64,000 nt of DNA from the human T2T-CHM13v2.0 reference genome, Homo sapiens. The notes under the pieces were generated by a model. That model was given only the letters and a program-made list of their open reading frames with translations. It did not search any database and had not been told where the DNA came from. Location: assembly GCF_009914755.1 (NCBI RefSeq), contig NC_060928.1, one strand, 5' to 3'. The first letter of the stretch is position 1, and the number at the start of each line of letters is the position of its first letter. The translations under genes and the position numbers were made by a program. Shown here in pieces: positions 23,844-39,475 of this stretch.

Positions 23844-25557
23844 TGCCAGGAAAACCAGGTATTTTTCTACTTAAAATTAAACCAACTTATTGTGACATAT
23901 GGAGTAATAAAGAAAATGAACTATGAATGTATGAAATAGGTGATTATCATATCTAAAATGTGAAAAGTAAACTGGTTATAAAATAATTGACGAAGCATAA
24001 ATATTGATAAGAGGCATAAGATATGTCATCCTGAAAGCTACAAGAGCTTCTCCTAAACTGATATACTACGCCATCTGAATTTAAATGAACAAAACTGTGG
24101 TGTTGTTTCTTTTACCTCTGAATGCCTTTTGTTCCTATCTCATAAGAAATACCCATTAGAAATCAGGCAATTTTAAGAAACAGCTTTAGCAGTCACTCAA
24201 TCCCCATTCTCTGGTACTATAACAACAGGAGGTGAGTCTTAAAGAACTTGGAAATTTGTTTAAATTTAAGGTTCTAATAAGTTCCAAATATGTTTTTGAT
24301 TATTATCCTCAGTATGTTTGTGTTTATGTATGTGTACACATATCATTGAATATTAGGTTATAAAAGGTAAAAAAAATTATCATTTGAGGCTTTTCTTTTT
24401 CTTTTTTTAGATAATACCATAGCAGAGAAACACAACTGCTGTTCTTTAAGAGCAGACATCTCCCCAGCTGATGCTCTCAGGTTCACCAGAAGTCTAGCAG
24501 CTGGTACATAATATGAAAGAAAAGGCAGGGAGGTCTAGACGTGTTTTTTTATGTCATTCAAGAAAAACCCCACCTTGCTTCAACCTAGCTGTTCAACATT
24601 TTGTGTACACATCGCAACCTTTAACAAAATTACTTTCTGCAAATACTTCTATTTTCCAAACCAGGTAAAGTTACATAAAATGATCAACAACTCTCCATAA
24701 CACTCTTGAAGATGGTGGAAATACTGCCCCATGTCATTCTGGAAAATAAGGATGGGCTCCCTACCAGCAGAGGTCTTGGGCTACTTCCAAGGCCTTTGGA
24801 AATGATCCAGTGAGTGAGAAGCCAGATCAGAAAATATTTACTGAAGATGCACAAAAGGTCAGTCAAGATGGGGCCTCAGATGTTACAAATGACTCTAGGA
24901 TGGGTGCAAGGAAGCATGTGTGAATTGACAGACTGAAAGGCTTAGCAGGGGTTGGACTGTGGCCCATGCCAGTCATCCTCTAGCCCAGGAATTCATGGCC
25001 CACACCAGAATGGCCTCCACTCAGATATTTTGGCACTCCCGATGGCTGCACGCTGAGTCATAGGATGTGGCAAATAGTCCAGCAATTATCAATCTGGCAT
25101 TTCACTAAGTAGAAATCACGGGGCTGCTTTTGTTCTATTTTGTGAACGCCCAACTGGCAAACAACAAAACAAAGGATAGCAGAAAACTTTTTGAAGTTTC
25201 TTCACCAACTCCCTTTTTGAAGTCAGTTGGAAATTTGTGTGGTGACATAGGGTGTAACTGTTTTTATAAATAAAAGAGAAAGAATAGTGTGTGCAAACGC
25301 TTCTGAACAGCTCTGAATTCTGCCTAATGAGCTGGGATGCTGAAAATATTCCTGTTCTCCCTGGTGTTTCCTCCACCATTTATGAAGACCCTCCACACTC
25401 CCTCTCTAAAAGCAGCAAAAGCCTCGGTAGTGAAGCAGTAGCACAGAGAGGATAAGCAGGCAGCAGCAATAGCCTGTTATTGGTCTCTACCTCTCCTGCC
25501 AGCTGGCCTTATTCACACTGCATCCAGTAGCACAGCCTGGTAAAAGAATCAGTTCTT

Positions 25558-25870
25558 GGCCTGGCCCGGTGGCTCATGCCTGTAATCCCAGCACTTTGGC
25601 AGGCCAAGGCAGGTGGATCACGAGATCAGGAGTTCAAGACCAGTCTAGCCAGGATGGTGAAACCCCGTCTCTACTGAAAATACAAAAATTAGCCAGGCAT
25701 GGCGGTGGGCAACTGTAATCCAAGCTATTTGGAGGGCTGAGGCAGAGAACTGCTTGAACCCGGGAGGCAGAGGTTGCAGTGAGCCGAGATTGCGCCACTC
25801 CACTCCAGCCTGGGCTACAGAGCAAGGCTCCATTTAAAACAAACAAACAAACAAACAAACAAACAAAAAA
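25558..25870 (+). mobile_element. AluSg-type (Sg7-like) with (AAAC)n tail
   Basis: 'ggatcacgagatcaggagttc' (Sg 2-bp deletion), 'ggcagagaactgcttg'; partial TSD cagttct. Confidence 0.93.
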
Positions 25871-27369
25871 CCCCACAGTTCTCACAGCCAAAAGGTCCCA
25901 AACTGCTCCCATTTGCACCCTAGCACTCCTTCAAACCACAATTTTAACTAATACTATTTATAGTACTATATTTATAGACCATATTTATATAGCAAACAAG
26001 GTGGCCTTAAATTATCAAAATAAGCTTTCCCTCTTGGACGGAGATTGTTCCACAAATATATATATACACACACCTGTGTGTGTGTGTGTGTGTGTATTTA
26101 AATATTTTTATATATTTTTTCATATTATATATCAATATATGATATATATTCTAATATAAATAACTAAAATTTATGTAATATTTTCATTTTGTAATTTATA
26201 AACCACTGGCTTGTCATGAAAAATTTGTATTTCTATATACTGGAATTCAAGATCAAGGATATTAACAGTAGCATTCACATTGTCACACTTTTTTTTTTAA
26301 CAGGCAAATTGCTCTTGTACCTTTGCCTTATGAAGAGCTATTTTCAATGACATTTAGGCTAAAATTAGTAAAAAGTCAGACTTCTATCTTTATCTAATGA
26401 TATCTGATGAAGATGAAATTTTGTGGCTTTAGGTGACTGTCTTAACAAAGCTATGTTAGTGCTGGCCAATAGTTAACATAGACAAAGGACCTATTCCTAA
26501 CCCTTCAACAGGATAGATGTTATTGATTGATTTCACCTCACTGGATTTTAATTTTTATATTGGATATGTATAATATTGTGGTGAACAAATGAGCAAAACT
26601 CTTTTCTGTTGCTGTTTTAAATTCTAGAAAAGAAAAAGAAATAAAATTAATAATCTTCTTGTGTTTCTAAAAGCTAAGAGTTGTCTTCTTTGTTGCCATT
26701 GATATGGGCATCCTGTTTCTAACAATGGTCTTTTCAAAAAAACTGAAGTTCATCAAAATCACCTATTACATCATAGCACTTCTATTGCAATATCCCTGAA
26801 ATTTATAAAACTCAGGTATCCTCAATACTTCACTTTCAATAGTATTTAGCAGCAATTTTTTTCTACAATGTTTTTCAAATATCATTTTTACATGACTAAT
26901 ATTTTAGTGTATTTTAAAGCAAAATACAGACTTTGTTCATTACAGTTCTGTTGCAGAAAACAGAATTGTTTAACAGTTCAAAATATGTTTGTATTTTTAC
27001 ACATATTTTGGTTATGAAAGAAGGTGAAAAATCTGTCAGTAAAAGAGCTAGTTGTAGCTAACATTTTTTGAGTGCTCACTATGTGTCAAGTCTTCTTTTG
27101 GGTGACAAATTATGTATTAACTAATTTGTATTTGGGAATGAAAATTTACTTGGCAACATTAACAGAGACTGAAATAAATAAATCACTTTTCAACTATATA
27201 GAAAAATAAAATTTATTGATCAAATATTTCACCCAGACAAAGAGAAGAAAAAGCAAAGGAAAGGAATTTCCAAGATGTTTTTCACTAGGTTAATATTTCT
27301 AGTTCACCTTAAAATTAATTTTATTAGATTAAGAAAAGTACTTACATTTACTAGGAAGAATAATAAAAA

Positions 27370-27560
27370 TGACTGACAATTATTAGGTATTTTTAATTGG
27401 GTACTATGCTATGTTACTTAAATATCTTACATTATTCAATCAACACAATACTGTTTTATCAATTTTTAAAAACTAGTGCTAAGGAAAATAAATACTATGT
27501 CCTATGACACACAACTGTAGCAATGGAGCTGAGATTGAGCCCAGATTGTTCTTTTTTTCT
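27370..27560 (-). mobile_element. MIR fragment (decayed)
   Basis: 'ttattcaatcaacacaata...gacacacaactgtagcaatggagctgagattgagcccag'. Confidence 0.5.
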
Positions 27561-27708
27561 ACTTCAGAACTGAAGGTCTCAGCTAAGATATGTGGGTTTT
27601 TAAAAGTATCATATAATTAAGCTATATAGTCTTTTTAGATGGATATCATCATATATTTTAAATGTCTTCATAGATCTTTACACGTATTTCTTAAAACATG
27701 TAACATTT

Positions 27709-27713
27709 AGTGT

Positions 27714-27747
<34 letters not shown>
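27709..27747. repeat. (TG)n microsatellite, one interruption
   Basis: Directly visible. Confidence 0.95.
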
Positions 27748-27752
<5 letters not shown>

Positions 27753-28184
27753 TCTTCAGTCTTCCCACACTTGCTCACCTTGCCACTCTGCAATCAATCT
27801 TGGAGAACAGATAAAGGAATACAAGGGAGGTGGCCCCACAGTAGATATGCTGGTCTAATAGTTATATCTTTGAGTCCCATGGAGAAAAAAGTACAAGCCC
27901 AGGCCACCCTGAGCCTAAGAAATTCCTCAAAACTTGAAAATAAGGCTAGTGAGGTTTTCTTCCCTACAGTACTTAAATTATAATATCTTTTTATTTTTTG
28001 ACCATTAAAAAACCAACTGTAGATTACCTAGACCCCTCCCAAAGGGTCCTAATTCTTATATTTGTATTCTGACATCTTCTTTGAGTCATTGTGCACTGAC
28101 CAAATTTCAAACCATATATTTGTTTGCCTTACTGTTGGTTATAAGCAGTAGTAGTACCTCTGTAGTACAATCTCACATTTCTTC

Positions 28185-29100
28185 TACTCACTCATTCAAA
28201 ACTATTTACTGAGCACTTGTGATGTAGCAGTAACATGTGAGGTGCTGTAGATAGAAAGATTAATAAGATATGGCTCCCACCTTCCATAGTTCAGTATAGG
28301 ACTCAAAAGACAGATATGTATAGATCTAAATCATAATGTGCTGTGCTAAGTGTTTTCAAAATGTCTGAATAATGGAGTATGCAAATTCAGAGGAGGCAGC
28401 AACTACAGAAATCTTAATGTTTTATATCATGGTGTCATGTTTTAGATTTAGTTAATGTATGTGAAGGAGTTTCCAGTCCAGAAGGAGAGCAGGGCTTTTC
28501 TGTAAGAGGGAACATGTGCTAAGGCATGCCCAGGGAAAGTTAAAAAGTTCAGAGTGGCAAGGAGGTAGGAGAGTGGTGGGTGATGGAGTGGAGAGAAAGC
28601 TGCCAGGATCAGACTGTGAAGGAGTCTGAGTTTTGTTTTCAAAGCCAGTGGTCTCTAAAATCTTTTATTGTTCACCTCCATTAGCATGAATCCCCCAGTA
28701 TACTCATATTTATCTGTGTATAGATGAACATGTATGCACATTATAAAACACACATTAAAAGTACAAATTTCAAAAATACAAGATAACAATTTCAAATAGA
28801 AATGCTAAGATTGCCTTTTCCTACCTAATAGTTCATTCTATGTCTGTTTACCCTATTTTAGAAACTACTCATTTGGGCAATGACAATACAGAAGATGTGA
28901 AAACAAGCAAATGCTGAAATCAGCTTTGCCTGTTAAAGAGACTAACTCAGGAAGAAGTAAGGAGAATAGATTGAAAAAGGAATCTAGTGGGAAAGAAATC
29001 GGGTGGAGCCCAGAGCGACTGTCCAGGAGATAATGGGAACCTCAGCTAAACCTGTAGCGGGGAGCAGAGGCTGACGCTGAGATAGGGTGGGCAGGGGAGT
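28185..29100 (-). mobile_element. L2 3' portion interrupted by a hAT MITE
   Basis: 'cattcaaaactatttactgagcacttgtgatg...taataagatatggctccc' ... 'aaagagactaactcagg...ctgtccaggagataatgg'. Confidence 0.7.
28647..28870. mobile_element. hAT-Charlie-type non-autonomous DNA transposon
   Basis: Imperfect TIRs 'cagtggtctctaaa' / 'tttagaaactactc'; internal 'tgcacattataaaacacac'. Confidence 0.6.
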
Positions 29101-30954
29101 GCAAATGCCAGGATGCCATCTGCCGTGGCTGCTCAGAACCACACACACACTAGGAAGAATAATAAAAATGGCTGACACAGTTCCTAGGAGTACTCTTCTT
29201 CTGCATGCTCTATATCAAGACTTTAATAAGGAAAAATCAATGAAATAGAGAAAAGTAAAACAAAGAGCAGTGTCTAAACAAAATTTACAGAGTTCGATTT
29301 GGGCTGTGAATAGGTGAGTGTTCATTACATGTCTCCATGTTTCTCTGTTTTTGAAATATTTAAAAATAAAAATATAGCTTATTCACGTGCTTATATTTTT
29401 TAAATAAACTTCATTAACTAGTGGAGAATTTTGATACCTCTGACTATTAAACATTAAATTCTCCTTACAGAAACTAAACATTTTTGTTAAATTCACTGAA
29501 ATGTTGACATGTGAGAATTTCTTACCTTAAAATAACTAAACATTTCATGCATCTGGAGATAGGTGCAAAATTGCTATCAACTCTCTTCTTCTGTTACAAA
29601 ATTAATGAGTATTCAGTGAAGCCATAACAAAGAATTTTCCTCTAGGCATGTTATAAAAACATTTCTAGTTCTAGTATTAATGCAAAGTCTTGCTTGAGAT
29701 CCAGTGGTTTTTTAAAATGCACATTTTTGAAAATGACAAATGCCACACAAAAGAATTGGTTTGATTTCTCTTATATTTTAAACCCGTCTTATTTATCATC
29801 TCCTCTCTTATAATGAATGTTTTCCTGACAGAGGATTGAGGAACAATTAATGAGTAAATTCAGAGAATTCTCCTCTCTTCATCCAATTGCTTAAGGACAT
29901 AGAGCTCCAATACATTCTGAATATCACCAAAGTATGTGGTCAATTCTACTGTATCTTCTTCATAAAAGATGATTTTGCCCAAAACCGATGCCTCAAATTA
30001 CCTCAGGAGTAAGAGATTTCCTTTCACGATGACAGTTTTTCTATTATATAAGAATGCTAAGGTCTGAATTTCAGTCTCTGATTCATGGTACATTCATTTG
30101 AGTCCCACTATGAGAGAAAAGCAGTTTTGGAAAGCAGAGATGTGAACCTGAGAGAGTGCACAGAGCCATATATTAGTGAAATAAATAATCATCGATACAC
30201 TCAGAGTTTGTCCATTATAGTCCTTACGATAAAAATTTAATACTTTCATTTTATCTTTTCCTCTCCCTTTTTAAGTGCCCCCATGATAATTTTCTGTATT
30301 TTATAGATATTTTTCAATTATATAACTAAGATTTATGTCATTAATCTTTATAAGTAAAAAAATTCAAAATTTTTTAAAAATTAAAAAATAAGATTTCTCC
30401 TTCTAGCAACAATATACCTATTTAAGAATTTTATTCTCACACTGATAGAATAATCGGAAGTCTCAAATATAAAATTTAATAGATTAAAAGTTTTAATTGA
30501 TTTTTATAGGACGATAAGTCACAGAGAAAAAATATCAGGTATATTGAAGCAAGGTAAAAAACCCTCTCTGGCTTGTAGATTCATGAAGAAAAATACTTTG
30601 CATCAAATATAATAAAACTATATTTTGTAACATAGATCCAGCTATCTATATTTTCTTTCATAATTCTTATTTTTCATTTATGTTCCATAGTATTTGTATC
30701 TGGCTGAAAATAAACTCACTTTATATGACTTCTAAAAATGTCAATTATGCTGGAAAAAGAAATGGATACTTTGATTAAAATGCCATCATGTCACAGTTTC
30801 ATCATATTTAAAAATGCATGTAGAGAAGGATAGCCTTGAACATTTGAAGTTTTCAGGTTACCTAGAAAAATTACATTGCAATCATTGGCTTCTGAAGAAA
30901 GCTCAATCACCATTTCTTGCTCATCATTCTTTGTAATTGATGATACCACTATAT

Positions 30955-31090
30955 GAAAGAGAACCTGCCATCCACTGACTGGGGAATCTTGTGCAAGACA
31001 TCATTCTTTAAACTTCAGTTTTCTACTATGCAAAATGAAAAAGAAAGTATCTATGTATTGCTTGCCTCGGTATTATGGAAATGATCACAG
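30955..31090 (+). mobile_element. MIR core fragment
   Basis: 'atcttgtgcaagacatcattctttaaacttcagttttctactatgcaaaatg'. Confidence 0.5.
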
Positions 31091-31507
31091 TGGTAAGTGT
31101 GTTTTATAATTCTTTCTGTAAATCACATAATAAATGGAAATATTCACAAGGAAGACAGCAGGAACATCCTTGCTAGAACACCAAATGATTGTTACTCTGT
31201 TTTGTGGCTCCTGCTTTTTTTTAGAATAGGCAGAGTATTTTTCTAAATTTTTCCACCTAACAGCAATGTTCACCCTACATCTAATCATAAATTGCAACCA
31301 AAATTGGAAAAAAGGAGTCAGGGATGAGACTAATAATAGAATATTCCATAATGGAATATGTAATATTATAGGTAAAGTAGTAATAAGCTCTGCAAGGATA
31401 GCTTTTCATAAACTCATCTATTCAGAGTCAGAGAGCTGGGTAGTGAGGTTGGTACAAAATCCCATCTCAGTCTAGAAAAGCTGAACTGGGTAAAAAGCCT
31501 GCTAGTA

Positions 31508-31707
31508 CACACTTGGACACAGGAAGGGGAACATCACACACTGGGGCCTGTCGTGGGGTGGAGGGAGGTGGGAGGGATAGCATTAGGAGAGATACCTAAT
31601 GTAAATGATGAGTTAATGGGTGCAGCACACCAACATGGCACATGTGCATATATGTAACAAACCTGCACATTGTGCGCATGTACCCTAGAACTTAAAGTAT
31701 AATTTTA
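31508..31707 (+). mobile_element. L1PA5-like 3' UTR end with TSD
   Basis: 'acttggacacaggaaggggaacatcacacactggggcctgtcgtggggtg...taccctagaacttaaagtataa'; 16-bp TSD aaaaagcctg(c/t)tagta at 31492-31507 and 31708-31723. Confidence 0.95.
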
Positions 31708-32108
31708 AAAAAGCCTGTTAGTAGAGTTAATTTAGAATCCTAATCAGATGACTGAGTGCTTATGACCCATAAAAAAACCTGGTTAGCACTAACCAACCCA
31801 GACAGATTTTTCTTCATTTAGGGATGAAGATACAGGAATCTTGGGATCAATCTCTCTCTTTCTCTCTCTGTCTGTCTCCCTCCCTCCCCCATGGAGCCTT
31901 AAAAATAATACTGCAGAACATAGTGATCCTGAAGATTTAAATAAATAATATATTCCTGAGAAAATATCTATTTTTGTATTCAATATAATTTTTTTTAGAA
32001 ACTGGTACATGGTCTCTATAAATTAGAAGTCCGCATTCATTTGTTTAAATAAAAGGTTATTAGGTGAGTATTTTCTATGCTCCAGGCATTTTCATCTCTT
32101 TCATAAGG

Positions 32109-32256
32109 CAGTGTTTCTCAATTTTTGGTATACATTAGAATCTCCTGAGTAGCCTGAAAAACAGTAAGTGATGCCTGGGCCCCACCCCAGACCTTATTAG
32201 TCAATGCTGTCTAGGTCGGTGATTCTAGTGTGCGGCGAGGGCTGAGAAACCATATG
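32109..32256. mobile_element. MER5A (hAT-Charlie MITE) within an antisense L2 remnant (about 32035-32540)
   Basis: 'cagtgtttctca...cattagaatctcctg...gatgcctgggccccaccccagac...ggtgattcta...gggctgagaaacc'. Confidence 0.82.
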
Positions 32257-33607
32257 GCTAGCAGTGGAGGACACACCTGTAAACATAGGTGGCCATAGTT
32301 CTTGAGGTAAGAGTTACTTCATGAACAGAGAAATGATATAATTTTAGGTATTGATTAGAGGAGATTTCAGGCAGGGAAATGGCATGATCCAATTCACATA
32401 GTTATAAACCCTTCTGCCTTTGTGTGGAATACAGACCAGGTGGGCAAGAGGAAGATTATTAGACTTTAAATAGTCCAAACTAGAGTTAAATAATGTGACT
32501 TGAACAAGAATGGAAGAAGTAGAAAGCAAGGTATGTTTTCAGCACTGGAAAATGCTGAGAGCTGACGAAGCTGGATAATGAGGTTCACTGCTATTCTGTC
32601 TGTTGAAAATTTCTGTAACAAAAAACTGTCTAAATATATAAAATAACTGAGGAATTGCTTTTAGGCTTTTGAGGGAAAAGATTTAGACCTAAGACTCTCA
32701 TATGGTTTCCAGTTTTACAAAGGCAACAGAAAGACTTTCACAGGGAAGTGAAGACTTACATAATTTTCAAATTATTTTAGACATACTTTAGCAGATGAAG
32801 AGATTAATCAAAACTCAATTCAAGATTGCAAAGTTGCATAAAATAGTTTTTTTCTTACTCAGTTTGCAAATTCAAGGACCCCAGTAGATCACATGTTGTC
32901 GGAACATTTGCCACAGGCTGATCTGGCCTTGTCCTTAAGAATCCTTTAGAATTCTCCCTAAAGCTTGGAGGAGAGATTCCCTGGAGATCTATCTGCATGT
33001 TCATCTCTTGCACATGGATTTTGATCCCCTCATGTCAGATCGGAAGTGAAGTACAGTTTACGTGCCAGGAGGACATGGTGCTGTGAAGCTTGGTTGTTCT
33101 GGCATACTTTGGTTCCACTGGAACTAATCCTACCTGAACATATTTCTGGGTGTCACCTTATTCTGTTAGCTTAAGTCCAGTGAAGTTTAATTTAATAATC
33201 TTCTAATGTGACTAAATTAGAAACATAATTCATTATACATCACAGTGGACATTTTTAACAGGTGCATCACAGATTGGTATATAAAACCAGCTAGATTCAA
33301 GGTCCACAATTTAACATTCAAAGTTGTACAATTGAGTCATCCCTCTCTGTTATGCAGGAGAAAGACACACTTTACTGTCTCCTCTGTAATGATTTGCCAT
33401 TTAGGTTCCAAGCTAGTGGGGATATGTTCAGATGCCAAATGCAACAAAAGCATTCTCTATTTCCCTTTTTCCTTTTTTTTTTTTTTTGGAAGGCACTTTG
33501 AAGTTTGTAAAAATAGCCACTTGAAGATTGTAGGAATTTATCCACAGCAATTGTGGTTTATGGGATGAATGATAATTATCACCTATATAGTCTTGAGCCT
33601 AGCAAAT

Positions 33608-36312
<2,705 letters not shown>

Positions 36313-36639
36313 GAACTACAATTACCTCAAACTTAAAACAAGAAACTGAAACCACAGACACCAGGTTATTATTATAGAGTGAGTACTGGTAACATATATA
36401 GGTTGTATATTATATAGTAATTATGTTTTGAATTTAATGGAAATTTTGACTTCCAATGATAAAAATCATCCTCTTGACTTTTGCCTATACCTATGGCAAG
36501 GTGTAGTGAGGCACCAGCATCTGCTATAAAATTCTTCTCCCATCCATCTCTTCCACTTTTCTCTTCTGCCTCTAAGTCTTACTATTAAAGTCTATAGTAG
36601 GTGCCCATTAGACAGACTGTCAGATGGAGGTTATTATGC

Positions 36640-36710
36640 ATAATTATGACCAGCACAAATGTTCAGTAGTGCCAATAATTATGACCAGCACAAATGTTCA
36701 GTAGTGCCAA
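36640..36710. repeat. Perfect tandem duplication, 2 x 35 bp
   Basis: ataattatgaccagcacaaatgttcagtagtgcca twice (36640-36674, 36675-36709). Confidence 0.97.
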
Positions 36711-38247
36711 AACATTTTATTCTCTGCATATTTTTAAATTCAGGCACTCTGGGAGGCCATCTGTGTACTGCATAGATAGAAATCTATTCAATGTCCAGTT
36801 GCTCCATGATTCTTTTTGTCTCTACATTGCTACAGATTCCTGGGTACATAATAACACAGTATACACTTTAGAGTATTCGTTAAATAAATGAATATATACA
36901 TGAATGAAGATTTGAACCTTTCCTTCCAATAAGCTGAGATAGAATCAATTATTTTTTGCACAGATATGTGTCGAACTTACACTGAAAAAAAAGTGGGCCA
37001 CACCACCAAAAATATGAAGAGAACACAACGGTGATGTGAATGTATAAAAACAGATATGTGATAATCATGATCTGATTACTGAGATCTTCCCATCCATAAA
37101 TAAAATAAATATGGTCAAAATTGTTAGAGAACATCTATTATTTGCAACATGCCACAAAGATAAATTATTTTTTATAAAATTTTAAGTGTTTTATACACAC
37201 AGCTGTCAATATGTTTATTAAATAACTCTAGTATCCAGGTGTTTGCATATCAAATGAAACCTGGGAGCCTCTACATTTTTTTTTGTATTCATCATTCACT
37301 ATTTTCCCACAGTATGCAAATGCTACAGCTAAATAAACTATATGCATAGGTTGATTTTAAGTCTAAAGTATCTATATTTATATAAAAATCTATGCTTCAA
37401 ATTTTAAACGCTTTAAGGAAAAAAGACAAGTATGGTTTTAGTATAAGATTTACATGCCTGTTTAATCTAATGTTAACTTTAAAGACATTTAAAATGTTCT
37501 ATGCCCTGCAGGTATGCTTATTTAACAGGCTAATTTATTATAATATTATATAATCAAAACAGGATTCTGGCAAACTATATTTGAACTGAGATTTACATAA
37601 TGACATACCTTTAATAGAAAGTCTTATCAGCTCCCTACAATTATCAAATGTTCTAATTTAACTGACAGTCAAACAATACAGAGGACAACTATAAAAATTC
37701 CAAAGTATTGTGAAAACATCTTCACTTCACTATGCTGCAGTCTTGGTGGGGGAAAAGTCATCATTCTCCCCTAGGGATAATAATTTTCAGCTTCAGCAAC
37801 ATTTACATCTAATAAGTATCAGTTTTGTTTTATGAAAGATTTCAGAATGAAGTGCTATTTCCTACTACTTAATATGTGTAGTTGGAAAAGTAAAGGAATT
37901 GAGCTTAAAATAGGCATACAAAGCAAGATTTGAGGGGCCAAAAATGCATGATCAGAGCTTTCAAAAAAGGTTGGTACTCAACATGTCCACAGGCAACAAG
38001 TTTACAAGGCTAGGGTACCTTAGTCCAAGGCCTTTGACTCACCTCTACTCCCAAGAAAGCAATAGGGGGAGCGGGCAGTATTTCTTTCAGATTTTCCTTC
38101 AGAAAATATACAAAGGGCAAAACCAACAACCTATTTTTAAGCTTCAGGAAAACAAAGAGAAAAATAAAGACTAATAAATAGACAAATGTTATGTTTACTT
38201 TGCCCAGAGAAATTACTTTTCATAAAAAGCCAGGAAGTTTGGGAGAT

Positions 38248-38287
38248 TGTGCATGTGCGTGTGTGTGTGCGCACGCATGTGTGCATG
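38248..38287. repeat. 40-bp uninterrupted purine-pyrimidine alternation (TG/CG/CA)
   Basis: tgtgcatgtgcgtgtgtgtgtgcgcacgcatgtgtgcatg. Confidence 0.9.
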
Positions 38288-38314
38288 AAGGGGGTGGAGT
38301 ATGGACCTAATGTG

Positions 38315-38500
38315 ACCCTGAATTTGAATCCTCAAAGCAGTTAAAATTAAGGACATGATCATGAACAAGCCACTTAGCCTCTGTGCCCTCAGCTCCTCAA
38401 TTCAAATATTCTTCTAATACCTCCTAACTGGCTCTCTGTAAACATCAAAAGGAAGTTGGCATAATATCCCACTCAAGGTTTAAATATTCTATAGTTATAA
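38315..38500 (+). mobile_element. MIR fragment
   Basis: 'cctgaatttgaatcctca...atgaacaagccacttagcctctgtgccctcagctcctca'. Confidence 0.6.
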
Positions 38501-38750
38501 ATAGTTTTATAAAATCGTGGAAGAAACTATGACAAAATAATAAAAAGTGGTTATATTAGAGAGTAAGTGCTTGGTTTGCAATTTTACAAATTTTTTGCAA
38601 TCCACTTTAAATTTATGCATAAAATATTGATGCATAGGACATTATAGTTGATCACTGTATGATGAAATAGTGTTAATCCTAGTAAACAAATGCATTATTT
38701 TTAATTATCATTATTTTAGAAGGGCTGGTTATGCCAACTTGGAATGTCTC

Positions 38751-39125
38751 TGTATAAGTCAATTTTTACACTTGTATAAAGAACTTCCTTGAGGCTGGGT
38801 AATTTATAAAGGAAAGAGGTTTAATTGACTCACAGTTCCACATGGCTGGGGAGGCCTCAGGAAACTTACAACTGGTGGAAGGGGAAGCAGGCACCTTCTT
38901 CACAAGGCAGCAGGAGAGTAAAGAGCAGGGGAAACAGCCACTTACAAAGCCATCAGATCTCGTGAGAACTCACACACCATCATGAGAACTGCATGGGGGA
39001 AACCTCCGTGATGATCCAATCGCCTCCCTCCCTGGACAAGTAGGGATTACAGGTTCCTCCCACGACACTTGGGGGTTACAATTCGAGAGAATATTTGGGT
39101 GGGGACATAGAGCAAAACTGTATCA
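38751..39125 (-). mobile_element. MaLR solo LTR, THE1C-like
   Basis: 'tgtataagtc...aaaggaaagaggtttaattgactcacagttccacatggctggggaggcctcaggaaacttaca...tatca'; perfect TSD gtctc. Confidence 0.93.
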
Positions 39126-39269
39126 GTCTCAGTTGAGTGGACTCTTTCTGTGAGCTTTGAATAATGTTAAAGAAGCCCTTACTGTTCTCCAAAGATGTTG
39201 ACAGCCTCCATGCTCCTCTCCCTTGCAAAGTGTTTTCTTTAGCTTTCCTCTCAACATTGCTTAGCAGAA

Positions 39270-39475
39270 CAACGGAGCACTCACTGTGTGGTTGTTTTAC
39301 ATCACTCATCACTGTCTATCTTTTATTGTGGTTAATTATTTATATATATCTTTTACCCAGTCTAAACCAATACATGAGAGGGAAGATGTTTTATTTACCT
39401 TTGAATCCTCCTCATGTCTATCATAGGGTATTGAATACAGACACTTAATAAATATTTGTGGAGTGACTGAATAAT
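39270..39475 (+). mobile_element. L2 3' end
   Basis: 'catgagagggaagatgttttatttacctttgaatcc...acagacacttaataaatatttgtggagtgactgaat'. Confidence 0.7.

Noticed and set aside
25634-26159. ORFs of 62-126 aa
   Set aside because: Alu-derived translations plus simple repeats
36640-36710. 35-bp direct repeat as CRISPR-like array
   Set aside because: Only two abutting copies, no spacers, eukaryotic context
38990-39085. Apparent internal duplication in the THE1C LTR
   Set aside because: The repeated 'cctccc..gacac.tgggg.ttaca' is, as I recall, part of the THE1C consensus, and the copies are diverged
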